Notes under the pieces: model-generated
The model's input: only the letters and a program-made list of their open reading frames with translations
Databases searched by the model: none
Told to the model about the DNA's origin: nothing
Source: Geosiphon pyriformis uo1
Taxonomy: Eukaryota > Fungi > Glomeromycota
NCBI GenBank assembly: GCA_016748015.1
Contig: JAAOMT010000057.1
Span: forward strand, 204,763-268,762
Reading direction: 5' to 3'
Length of the DNA stretch: 64,000 nt
Translations under genes and position numbers: made by a program
In this document: positions 27,278 to 46,799 of the stretch, piece after piece
Layout: every line of letters starts with the position of its first letter
Position numbering within the stretch: position 1 is the first letter of the stretch

Positions 27278-30200
27278 ATATATATAATAATTCTACTTTC
27301 TAACTTACCAAAATAAATTTATTGTTAATATTATCCAATGTTATTAAAGATTTAAAATCCAAAATAATAGAATTTAATAACTTAAATAATTTAAATATTA
27401 ATATATTTGGTAAATATAGTTTTTAAAATGAAATATAAGACTATTTTAATAAATTTAAGTAGATAAAAAAAAACAGCTAAATATACAGTCTCAAAATATG
27501 TGCATAAACCATTTTTTTGTAGAACTATAGATATTACTAAACTTTTATAATGCTATTTAAAGACTTTTTATTAAACAATATATATTATAATAAAAGAATA
27601 TTATAAGAAAAAACAAAATGTTCAAAAAGATTGTAAGTCAATTAAAAAAATGTTTCAACAGATAAGATTGCTATTTTTTTTTATGATTTATGATGCATCT
27701 TAATAAAAACCAAATGGAACTGAATTTGCTGAATTTTTTCATAATTTTTGACTCAACGCTCTTATTTGTTTCTCTAATTATGGTAGTCATTTTTTTGATC
27801 AATTAACTAGAAAACTGTTTTAGTTTTCTGTAGTAACTGCTATTAATATTAATAATAAAAAACTTTATAACATAATTATTATTTGGTTTATTAACTACTA
27901 GTAACTATTTTTTATAGTAAAAAACTTTAAATTAATTAAAATATTTTAATATTTGAATTCTACTTCTTAACTTGTTTATGCTAATATAATTAAAAATAAA
28001 GTTATAGAACTCTATGTCTTAAGTAAACAAAAATTAAGAGTAAATACTACCTTTATTATGAATATTTTTTTTTACTTATACTTATAACATAATAAACATA
28101 TTTAAATATTATCAAATCTAAAATTTCTTTTATATTAGATTTTTGGATATTTTTTAATAACAAAGTCTTTGTTTTTACCATTTATTATATTAATAATAAT
28201 TAGAACATTTAATAAACAATAATTGATTTTAGATTAATAAATAAATGACATGATAAAATAAATATTGCAAATAGATTTTTTAAAGTATTAAAAAATTATA
28301 GAATTACACTAAAAATATATATGTATATTCTTATATGAATTTGGATTAGTTAATAGTCAATAATAAAATTAACATATTATACAATATATTAATATTATCT
28401 AAGACTCAGAGTTATTATAATGCTTATATTATCAAAAATCATATTTTCTCAATATTGGCTTAAGTTGGTTTTCATTATTGCTTTAGAGCTAAATTTTTGG
28501 TATTAATATTATTTAAAACTTAGAGTTACTACAATGCTTATATCATTAAAAATTATGTTTTTTTAATATTGGCTTAAGTTGGTTTTTATCATTGTTTTAG
28601 AGCTGAATTTTTGGTATTAGTATTATCTAAAACTCGGAATTATTATAATATTCATATTATTAAAAACCACATTTTTTTAATATTAGCTTAAGTGGTTTTT
28701 ATTATTGTCTTGAGCAAAATTTTTAGCCAAAAAGATTAAAAAAGAGTTACATTTATTTTTTTTATACAAATTTATTATTAATTTTATTAATTATAATCTA
28801 ATTTTTTTTCAACAGTTTTTTGCTATTACTCTTGATAATACTGCAAATAATAGTATTTTTGTAAGAGAGTTAATAAGAAAATTAAAAGAGAAAAACATTC
28901 AATAAAACTCAGAAGACTTTTGATTTTAATGCTTTAATCATATTTTAAACTTAATAGTACAGACAGCTCTAGATAAAATAAAGAATAATATTTCCAAGGT
29001 ATTTGTTAAAAATCCAAACCAAATATATTTACCTGAAATTTTCCTATAATAAACTTTGTATAAATTAAAGATTAAAGAACTTAACTCTGCAATTCATACT
29101 TTGCTTTAATGTTTTAAACTTTTTGAATACACCTGTAATACATGTTAAATTAAATACCATAAACTTATTTTAAATTGTTTCATTCAATAAAATTCTATTT
29201 ATAATATAGTTAAAAATAGATTATTTTTTAAATTAGCAAGTCATTTATTTTTGATTTTATATATTTTGAATACAAAAATTCTAACTGTAAATTTATAGAT
29301 ATTAAACACCCTTATTAGCACTTATATTGATTTTTATTAATATGCTATTTCATATGATTAGTGAACTGTTTTTAATAAAATTGTTAAATTTCTTGAACTT
29401 TTTAAAAATATTATGGTTAAAATGTTAATTAATTCAAATAATACTGCCTTCTTAATTATTTTCTTTTTTAATATTATTTTTAATTATGTTAAGGACATAG
29501 TTGATAATAATAAATCTGATAAAGCATAATCTTGATTGTATTTATTTAATTATTTATTTAACATATTTAATATTAATCTATTACTTATCACAGCAGCTAA
29601 AACAGCAAAAAAAAAGTTGGTTGAATATTACTTTAAAATAAATACAACTATAATACTTTGTACTGTATTAGATCTAAAAAAAAAAATTTATTATTTTACA
29701 AAGAGAAAATTCTCAAATAACAATATTAATAAAATAAAAGAATTATAAGTTATTAATTTATTTAAACAGTTTATTTTTCAATTTTTACATGATAAATAGA
29801 CTTTTAAAATATATACTCTCTTTAAAATAGAGTATATACTGAATATTATATTAATATTAAATAACAGTTTTTTGTTGAATGACAATTTTAATAATACTAT
29901 AATATTAATCACATGATTCATATTAAAGACAGACTTTAATAATAATAAAGAAAAAAAACTTAACAAAATTAATTGTTATATCTTTGAAAAAATGACCAAT
30001 AGAAAAATAGATATAATAGCATAATAAAAAATATATTACAAAAAATATTTATTTAAATTAATATTTTATTTATAATTTAATATTTAAGCATATCAAACAC
30101 AGTTTTTTTATCTTGCATATATGGCTTATAATTATTTGGCAATTCAAAAATTATTTGTTGTTTTTGAATGTGTCTTTTCTGCAAGTAAAAATATGATTAC

Positions 30201-30523
30201 AAAAATAAGATTTTACTTAGTGTTTAAAATTATAAGAGCAACACAGTGTCTTCAATTATGAATGTAAAAACCATTGAAAGAAAAATTAAATAATAATATA
30301 GTATAATATAATGTTTTTAATAATTGAATTTGAACATGTTCATAAATTTTAAACCGAACTTAAATCAAACTTGTTATATGTGTTTAGATTTAATTCAAGT
30401 TTAATAATTTTAAGTCTGGTTTAAGTTTAAGTTCAAAATTTTGCCAAATTTTCTGTTCAAGTTTGGTTTAGTTTAGTAGTTTGATTAAACTTGAACTGAA
30501 TTGGAACAAACATTAGAATCTTA
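27278..30523 (+). mobile_element. hAT DNA transposon, copy B (5' end lost), inverted relative to copy A
   Basis: Reverse complement of 21335-24355. BED-finger remnant ~27430-27560; AAKTAKKKLVEYY…CTVLDL (29536-29748); dimerisation motif LAYMAYNYLAIQ…ECVFSAS…IRATQCL (~30110-30255); TIR attagaatctta ends at 30523. Confidence 0.88.
28393..28720 (+). repeat. ~114-bp tandem repeat inside the hAT (3 units here, 2 in copy A at ~23130-23350)
   Basis: Unit tattatctaagactcagagttattataatgc…ttggcttaagttggttttc…agagctaaatttttggtattaa. Confidence 0.85.
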
Positions 30524-30901
30524 CATATTTTATCTTTTTTTTTTCTTAATTGGTATTATTAAAAAATTAATCTAAAAAACAATTGTTTGTTTTTGTAATT
30601 TATTAAATAAAAAAATAATTGAAAAACACAATAATACTTGTTATTAATTCTAAAAATTGCCAAGTTAAAGCATAAAATAATAGCAGTAGTATTATTTTAT
30701 TAACAATTATAAACTATTTTTTTATCTTCAGATTTTCAAAAAAAAATTTGCAATTGTAATTTTTATAAGACTAATTATATACATTAAATTTTTACTTATT
30801 TAATTAACTTTCTTATTGTAATTCTCTCTTTAATTAATTTTATCATTTTACAATCTTGTTTTCTCTTGCTATCTATTAGTTTGTTATTTTAATTTGTAAT
30901 A
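30524..30901 (+). repeat. Second half of the element-2-family 3' LTR
   Basis: Reverse complement of 11344-11720; resumes where 26472 stops. Confidence 0.85.
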
Positions 30902-30949
30902 ATATTATATTATAATTAAATAATTTATATTATTTTATTATTTTTTTGC

Positions 30950-33650
30950 TAAATTTTTGAATTATAACATTATAAACATTGTGTTTTTATTTGTTTTTGT
31001 TGGTTTGTTTGTGTACTAAGTTCAATTAAAAATTAAGCAATTTTTTCAAGCCAATTTTTATAGAAACAGCAACATAATTAGTCATAAAAAACTTATTAAA
31101 CAGATATATATATTGATTAACTAAAGAATTTCAAAGTTTTTTATTTACTAAGATAAAATCAATATATTTTTTAACTTTTTAAGAATTTGATTATATAAGA
31201 CATATACAGAAAAATAAGTTTATAAGAACATTAAACAAATTTAAATTTTTGAACTTTCTAAAACTTATACTGTAATTAGATCTATTTTTATTGAAGTTTT
31301 TGTTCAAAATTGTAAAAAAATTAGTGTTTAAACCAATAGTAACTAATAAATTAATTTTATTAGTCTGTATTAATCTTTTGTTTAATATAACATTTATGTA
31401 AAGTTTAATAATAAAAATCAATAATTAATTTTTAAATAAAAGATATAAACACAAAAACTAACCAGTAATTTTTGTTAATTTATAAACATATTCAATTATA
31501 TTATTGTTTTCAATAATTATAATCTTAAAATTTATGTAATTTGTTTTAGTATCAGAAGTAAAAACTTAAATTTTATCGGATTTTTATTATTATTTATGGT
31601 TTTATTTTGGTTTTTAACTTAGTTTTTAAAATAATTGAAATTAAATTGTTTATTTTTCTATGCTAATAAATCATTTCTAATTGCTTAGTAAAGTTATTTA
31701 CTTTATAAATATTATATATAACAATTTTTTAACAAGACTTTTTATTAAAAAAAAAACATATTAGAAACTTAAATCAAGTTATTAAACTTATAACAGAAGC
31801 TAATAAATTATTTAACTGTTTTTTTAACTTAACAATATTCAAAAATGCTAAAAAAGTTGATATTATTATAGTTTTATTACTAGTAGTCATATTTAAATTA
31901 TTTTTTATTACCATATTATTTATTAAATTTTGCAATAAAAAATTATTAGTAACTAATATTCAAAGTCAAACTGGAAAATTATTAATACAAATATGTCTAA
32001 TCTCTTAATTAACTTATTAATTTGTTCTACAAAATTAGCAAAATTATATTTAATTTTAATAAAATATAATTTTATGTTAATTACAATTAATAAAAAAAAT
32101 TTAACTTTATTAAAAGCATTAAATTAAAAAAAAAGCCAAAAAACATTTGCAAAAAAAAGTTATTAACAATTAAAGCCCAAAATTTGTTATTAAAAACTAT
32201 TAAATAATTAATAAAAACCAGTTTCTTAACATAAATTTTATTCAGTTTAAACCAGTTTAAGTTTGATAATAAAACTTTTTTTTTCTTAATAATCTATTCT
32301 TTAACTGCTAATTTGCAATCAAAAAAAATGTAATCAATTTTATTATAAAGTAAGCAAACAGTTAATATTAGATAAAACCAATACAAAAACACATTTTTAA
32401 TAACAAAAATTATAGCTATAGTCTTAATTAAACTATCTTTAAAATTAAAATATATAATAATACATTTAGTTCAAAAATAATTGATAATATTGTAATTAAT
32501 TACACAAGTTTTTTTATTAATTAACCAATAAAATCTTAAAAATTATAGACAGTTGTGTCTATTAAAAAAGTATATAATAAAGTTCTATATATATTTTTGA
32601 TATTCTATAGTTTTTTATTAATATTAACTTTGATTATATATATTATATTTTTCTTAATAAGAATAGATTAATTAAATGCCAAAAAATTGGCTTGATAATT
32701 GTTTTTTGTCAAAGTTTTACTAATTGCATTTTAATTAATTTAATTATTCCAAAATTAACTAATACAATATATACAATTTTTATTAATATTTTTACAAAAT
32801 TTTTTTTTATAATTATAGTCTGATTTATGTGATTGTTTATTGGTTTTTTAAGATTAATATTTATCACAAAACCACAATTATTTATCAAACTGGCAGCTGT
32901 TATTATTGTTAATTCAAAAGTGAAAGATATTTAAATAATCTTACCAAATTTTAAAAAGATAAAAACTTTTTCAAAACCATTCACATTAGAAAAAAAATTC
33001 TTAATAGTCTTTAACTTTTTTTAAGATAATTTTTCAGTTATTGCAAAAAGATTAATATTCAAAATAAAAGATTTACAAACTGGAAATTCAATTGATAGTT
33101 TCAAAAAAAGAAAAAAAAAAGAAAAAAAAAACTATTTAAGATATTATCAAACTATTACTGCCAACATTAAATTTAATTTATTCAAGAGACTTTCTAAGTA
33201 TATGCTTTATAACAATTTTTTTAAGCTTTTTAAAAATTATGTTAATATTTTTAAGTTTTAATTTTTTATTACTTTTGAGTTAAAAACTTATTTTCTCTAT
33301 AAAAAACTTTTATTTTATATTAATGTTTTTTAAATTAGTAATGTTTTTAATTTTAAAGTCAATTATTTTACTAATTGCAAAAGTATTTTAAAAATCATTT
33401 GCATTGACTATAATAACAGATTTTTTTAAAATACTATTTTTGTATTTTTATAATAGATAAATCTAAAGCTATTAAGCCAATACCAAATTTTTTTTGGTAT
33501 TTTTTATATTTAAATTACTGCCAAACTTAACAAGTTTATATTTAAACAAAAAATTGTGAAGTATTTAACTAAATTGTAAATAATAAACAGAAACAGAAAA
33601 ACTTTTTTTTTCAAAATTGGCTCTTTAAAAAATTTTTAAAATATAGAAAA
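30950..33650 (+). mobile_element. Very decayed TE, possibly a second LINE family (RT/RNase H remnant)
   Basis: Residual RNase H-like motifs near 33360-33600; no open frames. Confidence 0.3.
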
Positions 33651-36014
33651 AAAATATTAATTTTTTTTGAACTTATTCGATTTTTATAAATTAATATTAA
33701 TAGCATTAATTTAATACAATTAATCGGACTAAAACAATAATTTTTGATTATAACTATTAATAATATTTTTATTTTTTTTATTGTATTTATTTGTTTAATT
33801 AATTAAAAAAAAGTACTAAAATTATAATATTTAGAATATCTAATAAAAAACACAAAAAATAGCATATAAAAAATAGTTAAAGAACTAAAATTATTTACTA
33901 CAGAATAAATTGATTATTATATTAAAAAAGTTAAATATCAAATATTATTGATTATTAATATTAAATTTCTGTTTATTATACAAAAAACTTAATCTATAAG
34001 AATTTTTAGATAATTAAATTTTTCAAATTTAATCAACAAATTAAAAACACTAATTTATAAATTAAAATTTATATATTATTATTTATAATAACAAATATCT
34101 TTAAAAAAATTAGAACTTTATTTATTTTAATATTAATATTATCTTTTAAATTACAAAAACAAGAATATTTTTACCAAAATATTTGTTTATTTATTAAAAA
34201 TAAATTCAAAAATATAAGTATATTAAAAATAAATAAATAAAATAAACAAGATATAATAAGCATTATAAATAAACTATAAGAAAATAATAAAAAATTAATA
34301 GAAAAAAAAATTAAAGAAACAATTAGCAAATAAAAAAAAATCTTAAACAAAAAATCTATTATATTATTAATTAGTTTTTTAATAACAAAAATAAAGTTGG
34401 TTTTTATGCTTCTAAAAAAACATAATAATATAAAAAGTTAAAATAGAAATAAATAAATAAAGATAAATTAAAAATAATAGTAAATTCTAATAAATTCAGA
34501 AAATAAATTAAAATTTATAAAAAAATTTGATTTAATTAAAGAAATAACAAAAAAGTTTATTGATTATTTAAATAATTTAACTTTAAAGTATGTAGAAAGT
34601 TAGTTAAAAATCAATAAATTAAATTTTTAAAAGTTTAAACAAAAGCAAAAATATAAAAAAAGTTAAAAAAAAAACATTAGAATTAAAAAAGAAAACATCT
34701 GAATATATTAAATATTCTTAAATTAACTAAACAATAAAAAAAACAAAGCAAAAAAAAATAACAACTTAGAAAAAACTTTTAAGCAAATAAAATTGTTGAA
34801 AAAAATTATAATATAACAGATTTATTTAGTAAACAAACAATTTTAAAAACTATTATTTTTATTAAAAAAAATGCAAATTTAAACTTTTAATTAATAAAGT
34901 AAAAAGCAAAATTATTTAAATAAAAAAACAACTAAAAAAAAATTTAATGCTTATGTTTTACAAAAAAATAAATAATATAAAATTGAAATATTAAATTAAT
35001 AAAATAAAAAATAAATAAATAATATTATAATTTTTGTTTTTTTAAAAAAAAAATTTAATTGTTAATTACAAAATAATATTTTATAATATAAATAATAATA
35101 ATTATAATAATTTGTTTATATCTGTATTAAATGTAAAAAATCTTTATAATAATATTTTGTTATATTATAATAATTATAAAAAACAAAATAGATTGTTTTT
35201 GTAATTTAAAAAAAAACCAGTTAAAACTTCAACAATAATAAAAATAATAATACAAAATTATATTAGTAAATTAAAGCAGCAGAATAAAAATTTAAAACAA
35301 CAACTAATTAGTATTAAAAAAAACCAATACTTATTTAAAAGTCTTAAAAATATTAAAGAAGTAATTTTTAGTTAATTTTTTTTTGGTAAATTTTATAGAC
35401 AATTTTTTTTTTATTAAATAACTTTTAAGTATTAAAATATTATTTATTTTAAAAATATAAAAAGCAATTTTTTTACTTTTTTTTTTAAAAATACTTCTAA
35501 TAGTATTATAATTCTTGAATCTTATGATAAATCTAATATAAATAAGTTTTATATTAATTATTTTTATATAAAGATAATTTTATATTATTTAAGATAAAAA
35601 GTAAGATATTATAAAACTGAGAATTATAATCACATTACATATAACTAAATTTTGATTTCTGAAATTTTTGGTTTATTTTGTTTAATTTTGTTGTAACATG
35701 GTTAAATATTTTTCGACAAAAATTTTTTAAAAGATTTTATTTTTGTTTTTGTTTTATATTGTTTAAACAAAGTTTTTTGCTTAAAAAAATTTTGGTAACA
35801 AAAACATTGTAATTTTGTTTTCTGTTTTTTAGCTATTATAATGGCTTTAATCTTAACTTTCAAGACTAACTTAACAAAAAGCTAAAAATATAAGTTCTAT
35901 TATATTGTCAAGCTTAAGTTAAATTTCAACTACAAAGATAATTACAATATATTTTATACAGTCTATATTAACTTTTACTAATTACAAAAAATCAGAATAG
36001 TACAAAGTATTTCC

Positions 36015-39000
36015 TCATCCAAGCGATACTTTAAAAGTTTCGGAAACTGCGACGAGAACCTTTGCACTCGCATATCCTAAAGCACAAAATATCATCACAA
36101 AATCGATAATAATTAAAGTCAAAGCAGCCAGCATGAATCTAGGAGCAAACACTTTCCACACCATCAAATGTCGTCGAAACCATCCAGCCCAAAAAACAGC
36201 GCTAGTCGTGAGCAAGGTATTATAGAAAATATAGAGAAGACTAACCCGAGCCAAAGAATAGTGTATGGAAACATTGTCTCGAGGCGATGTTTTCCAAAAT
36301 ACAAGTGACGGCAAAGCAGCGGTAAAAAGTATCTGAGATCCAAAAGTATTGATTACAATAAGAAGGGGGGAGATAATGAAACTCGTATCGTTTATACCAA
36401 TAAAGCCAGCTGACCATTGTATTGATTGTAATGTTGCTTGATGTCCAGTAGAAAAAAAATAAAGCGTTGCAAGCAATAGAAAAACGGTTACATCCAGCAA
36501 GTTTTGACCCTCAGTTGATTCATCCTCTTTTCTTTCGCAGTTGATCTTGCTATCCTGCTTCACGGCCGGAATATTTCTATTTAAATCGACAATCTCTAAT
36601 AATACCATTATCTGACAAAGGGCCAAGGATATCATAACTCCGCCAATTGGTTTTTGAGCGAGTGCCACCAATAAATATACCATGGTTACATAAATAAAAT
36701 ATGAAGCCCCAAATGCGTTTTCATAGCCAATTAATGCCATTTTTTGAGAAGTTTCTTGTTTTGATTTGTCTCCCGGGGTATTGCTTGACCTTGGAGTTGG
36801 TTGGTCATCGTTTATCATTTGTATATTAAGGCATAAGGGATTCGACCACCAAACAAAATTACCCACAAATATCGCTATTCCAAATGCCAAACGGATAACA
36901 AAGTTTTTTACCCATTTTCCAAAGCCAGTGAAAGAAGTCGAGCCTTGATCATCACTATTATCCAAAAGCCAGTAGGCAGAGCATAGAATCAAACCAGCTC
37001 GAAGAAATACTTCGACCCATAATGGAGGAAATACGTTGTAACTCCTGCTTATGTTAAGGAAACGCCTTATTAAAAAAGGCATAATAGGTCCGGTGGACAC
37101 CAATATAATTAATGCAGTTGGTGAAGACAAATAGAAGGTTGGATTACAATCCGGCATCTGTTCTTCACGGCAAACAGTAGAATATGCTGCGATCCGGGTC
37201 AAAAATAGAAAGCCTATGGTGAAAAATAATTGCCTTTGGCGTAGTTTTAAATCAAGGATCTTGAACCCTTTCAGAAAGGCGAGAATTCCATACGTCTGCA
37301 AAAAACCCACGGTGATACGATCTTCATAAACAGTATAGCTATTTGAAGCAAAAGATAAAACATGAAGAATTTGGAAAAAAATTGCTAAAAGTGTTTCAAG
37401 GGTGATTAGATGAAATGCCTTTACTGAAAAGAACAAACCCCTTTGGACATAGTGTATAAAGAATCCTGTGATTGATCCACTTGCGGCTCCAAAAATAACT
37501 AAATCTAATGAAGAAATCGAATTCTGGAACAAAGGATAAAGCAAGATATTCAGAATACCTAGCCTTGCAAATAAAACACCAAAAGCACTTCCAGTAAGAA
37601 CATGAGAAAAAACTTCCCGGCTTAAAATGATTAAAGAAGAACTACTTCTTAGTATGTGTAAAATGATGCATAGACAGCTCAATGTTAAAATAAATATTCC
37701 GGCAAACATGAGTGGAAAATCAAACTGTGCCCAAATACGACGACATGTGGCCAAGATGGTCCTTAAAAAGATCATATAGAGCTTGATGGTATCTTTGATA
37801 TCTTCGAGAGATCCATTCGAAGAATTGTTTATCGAGTTATATTGGCTCTCCGCGAGTTGGAATAAATCATGGTAAGTATGCAGAGCCTCCTTAGATAATT
37901 CAGCCCTTGGAAATTGCACAGAATATTCAACCACATATTGGTAAACTTGGTGAGCATTCAGACGAATAGTCTCCAATAAAGTTTTCAATGGATGATTAAA
38001 ATTTTGATTTTTCCCTTCAAAGTTATAGGAGCGTAAGAAAAATTCAGGTATTACTGTTCCAAGGTTATTGAATGGAATTGGCAGACCAAGCAAGAGGGCC
38101 AAAGTAGGGACAATATCGATTTGAGAAATAGATCTCCATTTCCCGTATTTTCCCGTAAAGGATGAGAGATCCTCGGAAAATTTTGTATCAAGATATTGTA
38201 GAATCGGGTTAAGCATGTCCCTCACTTTCAAATCGAAAAACTCTCTTTTACTATACATCAGCAGAGCAGATTCTAATTCATCACGACTGTCTCCACCATG
38301 ATTTCCTTTAGAGTCCATACCATGGTCACCCATTACAAGTAAAAGGGTATCAGCGTCCAAAGAATCTACGACATTGTGAATCATTTGGTTCATTTGTGCC
38401 AGTTTTGCTGCCATGGCTGGATGATCTGGCCCATAACAATGCCCGCAATGATCTACGCCTAGAAAATGCGCGATGAGAACATCCCAATTTTGTTCTCGCA
38501 AAAAAGAATTTTCCCTTGAACCCGGATTTAATAATTGCAAAATCCCGTTATCAACGCTATGAAGATCTTTAACATTAAAAGATGGAAATGCAAAAGTGAA
38601 ATTAGTATCCAATTGTTCCGGAAACAACGAAACCCAGGTGTCATCACCCATGAATGCAATTCGAAAACCGCTATTTGAAAGTTGATATATCAAATTATCT
38701 TCATTAATTGCTGATCCAGCAAAATTGCTTCCTGCATCGATGAAGGTCGGTAGTGTGCCCGTAGTCAGAGCTTTCAAGCGTTGTAACGTGGTAGTAGGGG
38801 CGTCTGCCACAAACTGAAATAATAGTGTATTTCTAGGTTCGTACTGGAGCAACTCATTAATAAAGGGAAATTTGTTCTGATAGTGCACGCCGACAGCCTC
38901 TTTTTCAGGATGGGGTACTGTAAAATCAAATCTTAACGCATCAATCACAATTATAACAGCTTTTTTAAATTGCGAAGGATGCCAACAGCCCGAAAAAGCA

Positions 39001-39185
39001 GGCCATGCTTCTTTCGTTACCACCGCTGTCATTCCTTTAGGTTTTACGGAACAAACACTTCGATTACTTAACACCAAACGCGTGAGTAAAAAGCCACGGG
39101 TAAAAAGATAAAGACCACCCAGGTGCAAAAAAAATAACCAAGATAGGAACATGATGAAAAACCGGTGGTTCTTCTGGAACGCCAT
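36015..39185 (-). CDS. GPI13: GPI ethanolamine phosphate transferase 3 (Gpi13/PIG-O), single exon, 1056 aa
   Basis: FTRGFLLTR, IDALRFDF, PTTTLQRLKALTTGTLPTFIDAGSNF, HFLGVDHCGH, GDHGM, FFSTGHQAT, RRHLMVWKVFAPRF. Confidence 0.97.
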   Translation of the reverse strand: MAFQKNHRFFIMFLSWLFFLHLGGLYLFTRGFLLTRLVLSNRSVCSVKPKGMTAVVTKEAWPAFSGCWHPSQFKKAVIIVIDALRFDFTVPHPEKEAVGVHYQNKFPFINELLQYEPRNTLLFQFVADAPTTTLQRLKALTTGTLPTFIDAGSNFAGSAINEDNLIYQLSNSGFRIAFMGDDTWVSLFPEQLDTNFTFAFPSFNVKDLHSVDNGILQLLNPGSRENSFLREQNWDVLIAHFLGVDHCGHCYGPDHPAMAAKLAQMNQMIHNVVDSLDADTLLLVMGDHGMDSKGNHGGDSRDELESALLMYSKREFFDLKVRDMLNPILQYLDTKFSEDLSSFTGKYGKWRSISQIDIVPTLALLLGLPIPFNNLGTVIPEFFLRSYNFEGKNQNFNHPLKTLLETIRLNAHQVYQYVVEYSVQFPRAELSKEALHTYHDLFQLAESQYNSINNSSNGSLEDIKDTIKLYMIFLRTILATCRRIWAQFDFPLMFAGIFILTLSCLCIILHILRSSSSLIILSREVFSHVLTGSAFGVLFARLGILNILLYPLFQNSISSLDLVIFGAASGSITGFFIHYVQRGLFFSVKAFHLITLETLLAIFFQILHVLSFASNSYTVYEDRITVGFLQTYGILAFLKGFKILDLKLRQRQLFFTIGFLFLTRIAAYSTVCREEQMPDCNPTFYLSSPTALIILVSTGPIMPFLIRRFLNISRSYNVFPPLWVEVFLRAGLILCSAYWLLDNSDDQGSTSFTGFGKWVKNFVIRLAFGIAIFVGNFVWWSNPLCLNIQMINDDQPTPRSSNTPGDKSKQETSQKMALIGYENAFGASYFIYVTMVYLLVALAQKPIGGVMISLALCQIMVLLEIVDLNRNIPAVKQDSKINCERKEDESTEGQNLLDVTVFLLLATLYFFSTGHQATLQSIQWSAGFIGINDTSFIISPLLIVINTFGSQILFTAALPSLVFWKTSPRDNVSIHYSLARVSLLYIFYNTLLTTSAVFWAGWFRRHLMVWKVFAPRFMLAALTLIIIDFVMIFCALGYASAKVLVAVSETFKVSLG

Positions 39186-39591
39186 TTTTTAAGCACTAAA
39201 AAGTTGGAGACTGCCAACTAAAAAGATGACTATTCAAATATCATGTTAATCTTCCCAAATCAGCCTTAGTCAAATGCACCTCGATCTCCTCAGTCTTATC
39301 TGTAAAAATTCTGAAGATGTAAGTAAACTCTGGTTTTTTGCGCAACCACCAACAAAATCAACACAGACCACCGTCATCAACATTTTGCATTTATGCAAGA
39401 GGGAAACTAAATTAACTAATGGATGATAAAAAGGGAAGCGACAACACGATTAGCGAACTGAATTTCTTTGGTCTCTTTTCTTGATTCCTGGCAGTCAGTT
39501 CTGCGATTTTGTACCATATTTAAACGGGCCTTAGTTGCAAAGAATATTTGCGGCTTGTTGCAATTCCAATTTCAGCGCCGCCGTAACAATA

Positions 39592-46799
<7,208 letters not shown>

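Noticed and set aside
16658-31421. Short I/K/N/F/L-rich ORFs (16658, 17385, 29778, 31191) as membrane protein genes
   Set aside because: Composition artefacts of A/T-eroded TE sequence
34100-35950. Possible additional DNA transposon next to GPI13
   Set aside because: Too eroded; no TIR pair or protein motif could be supported
15100-36000. Organelle or endosymbiont DNA (very AT-rich, possibly an alternative genetic code)
   Set aside because: The recognisable parts are decayed nuclear TEs; stops arise from TGG/CAA/CGA transitions; no organellar or bacterial genes were seen
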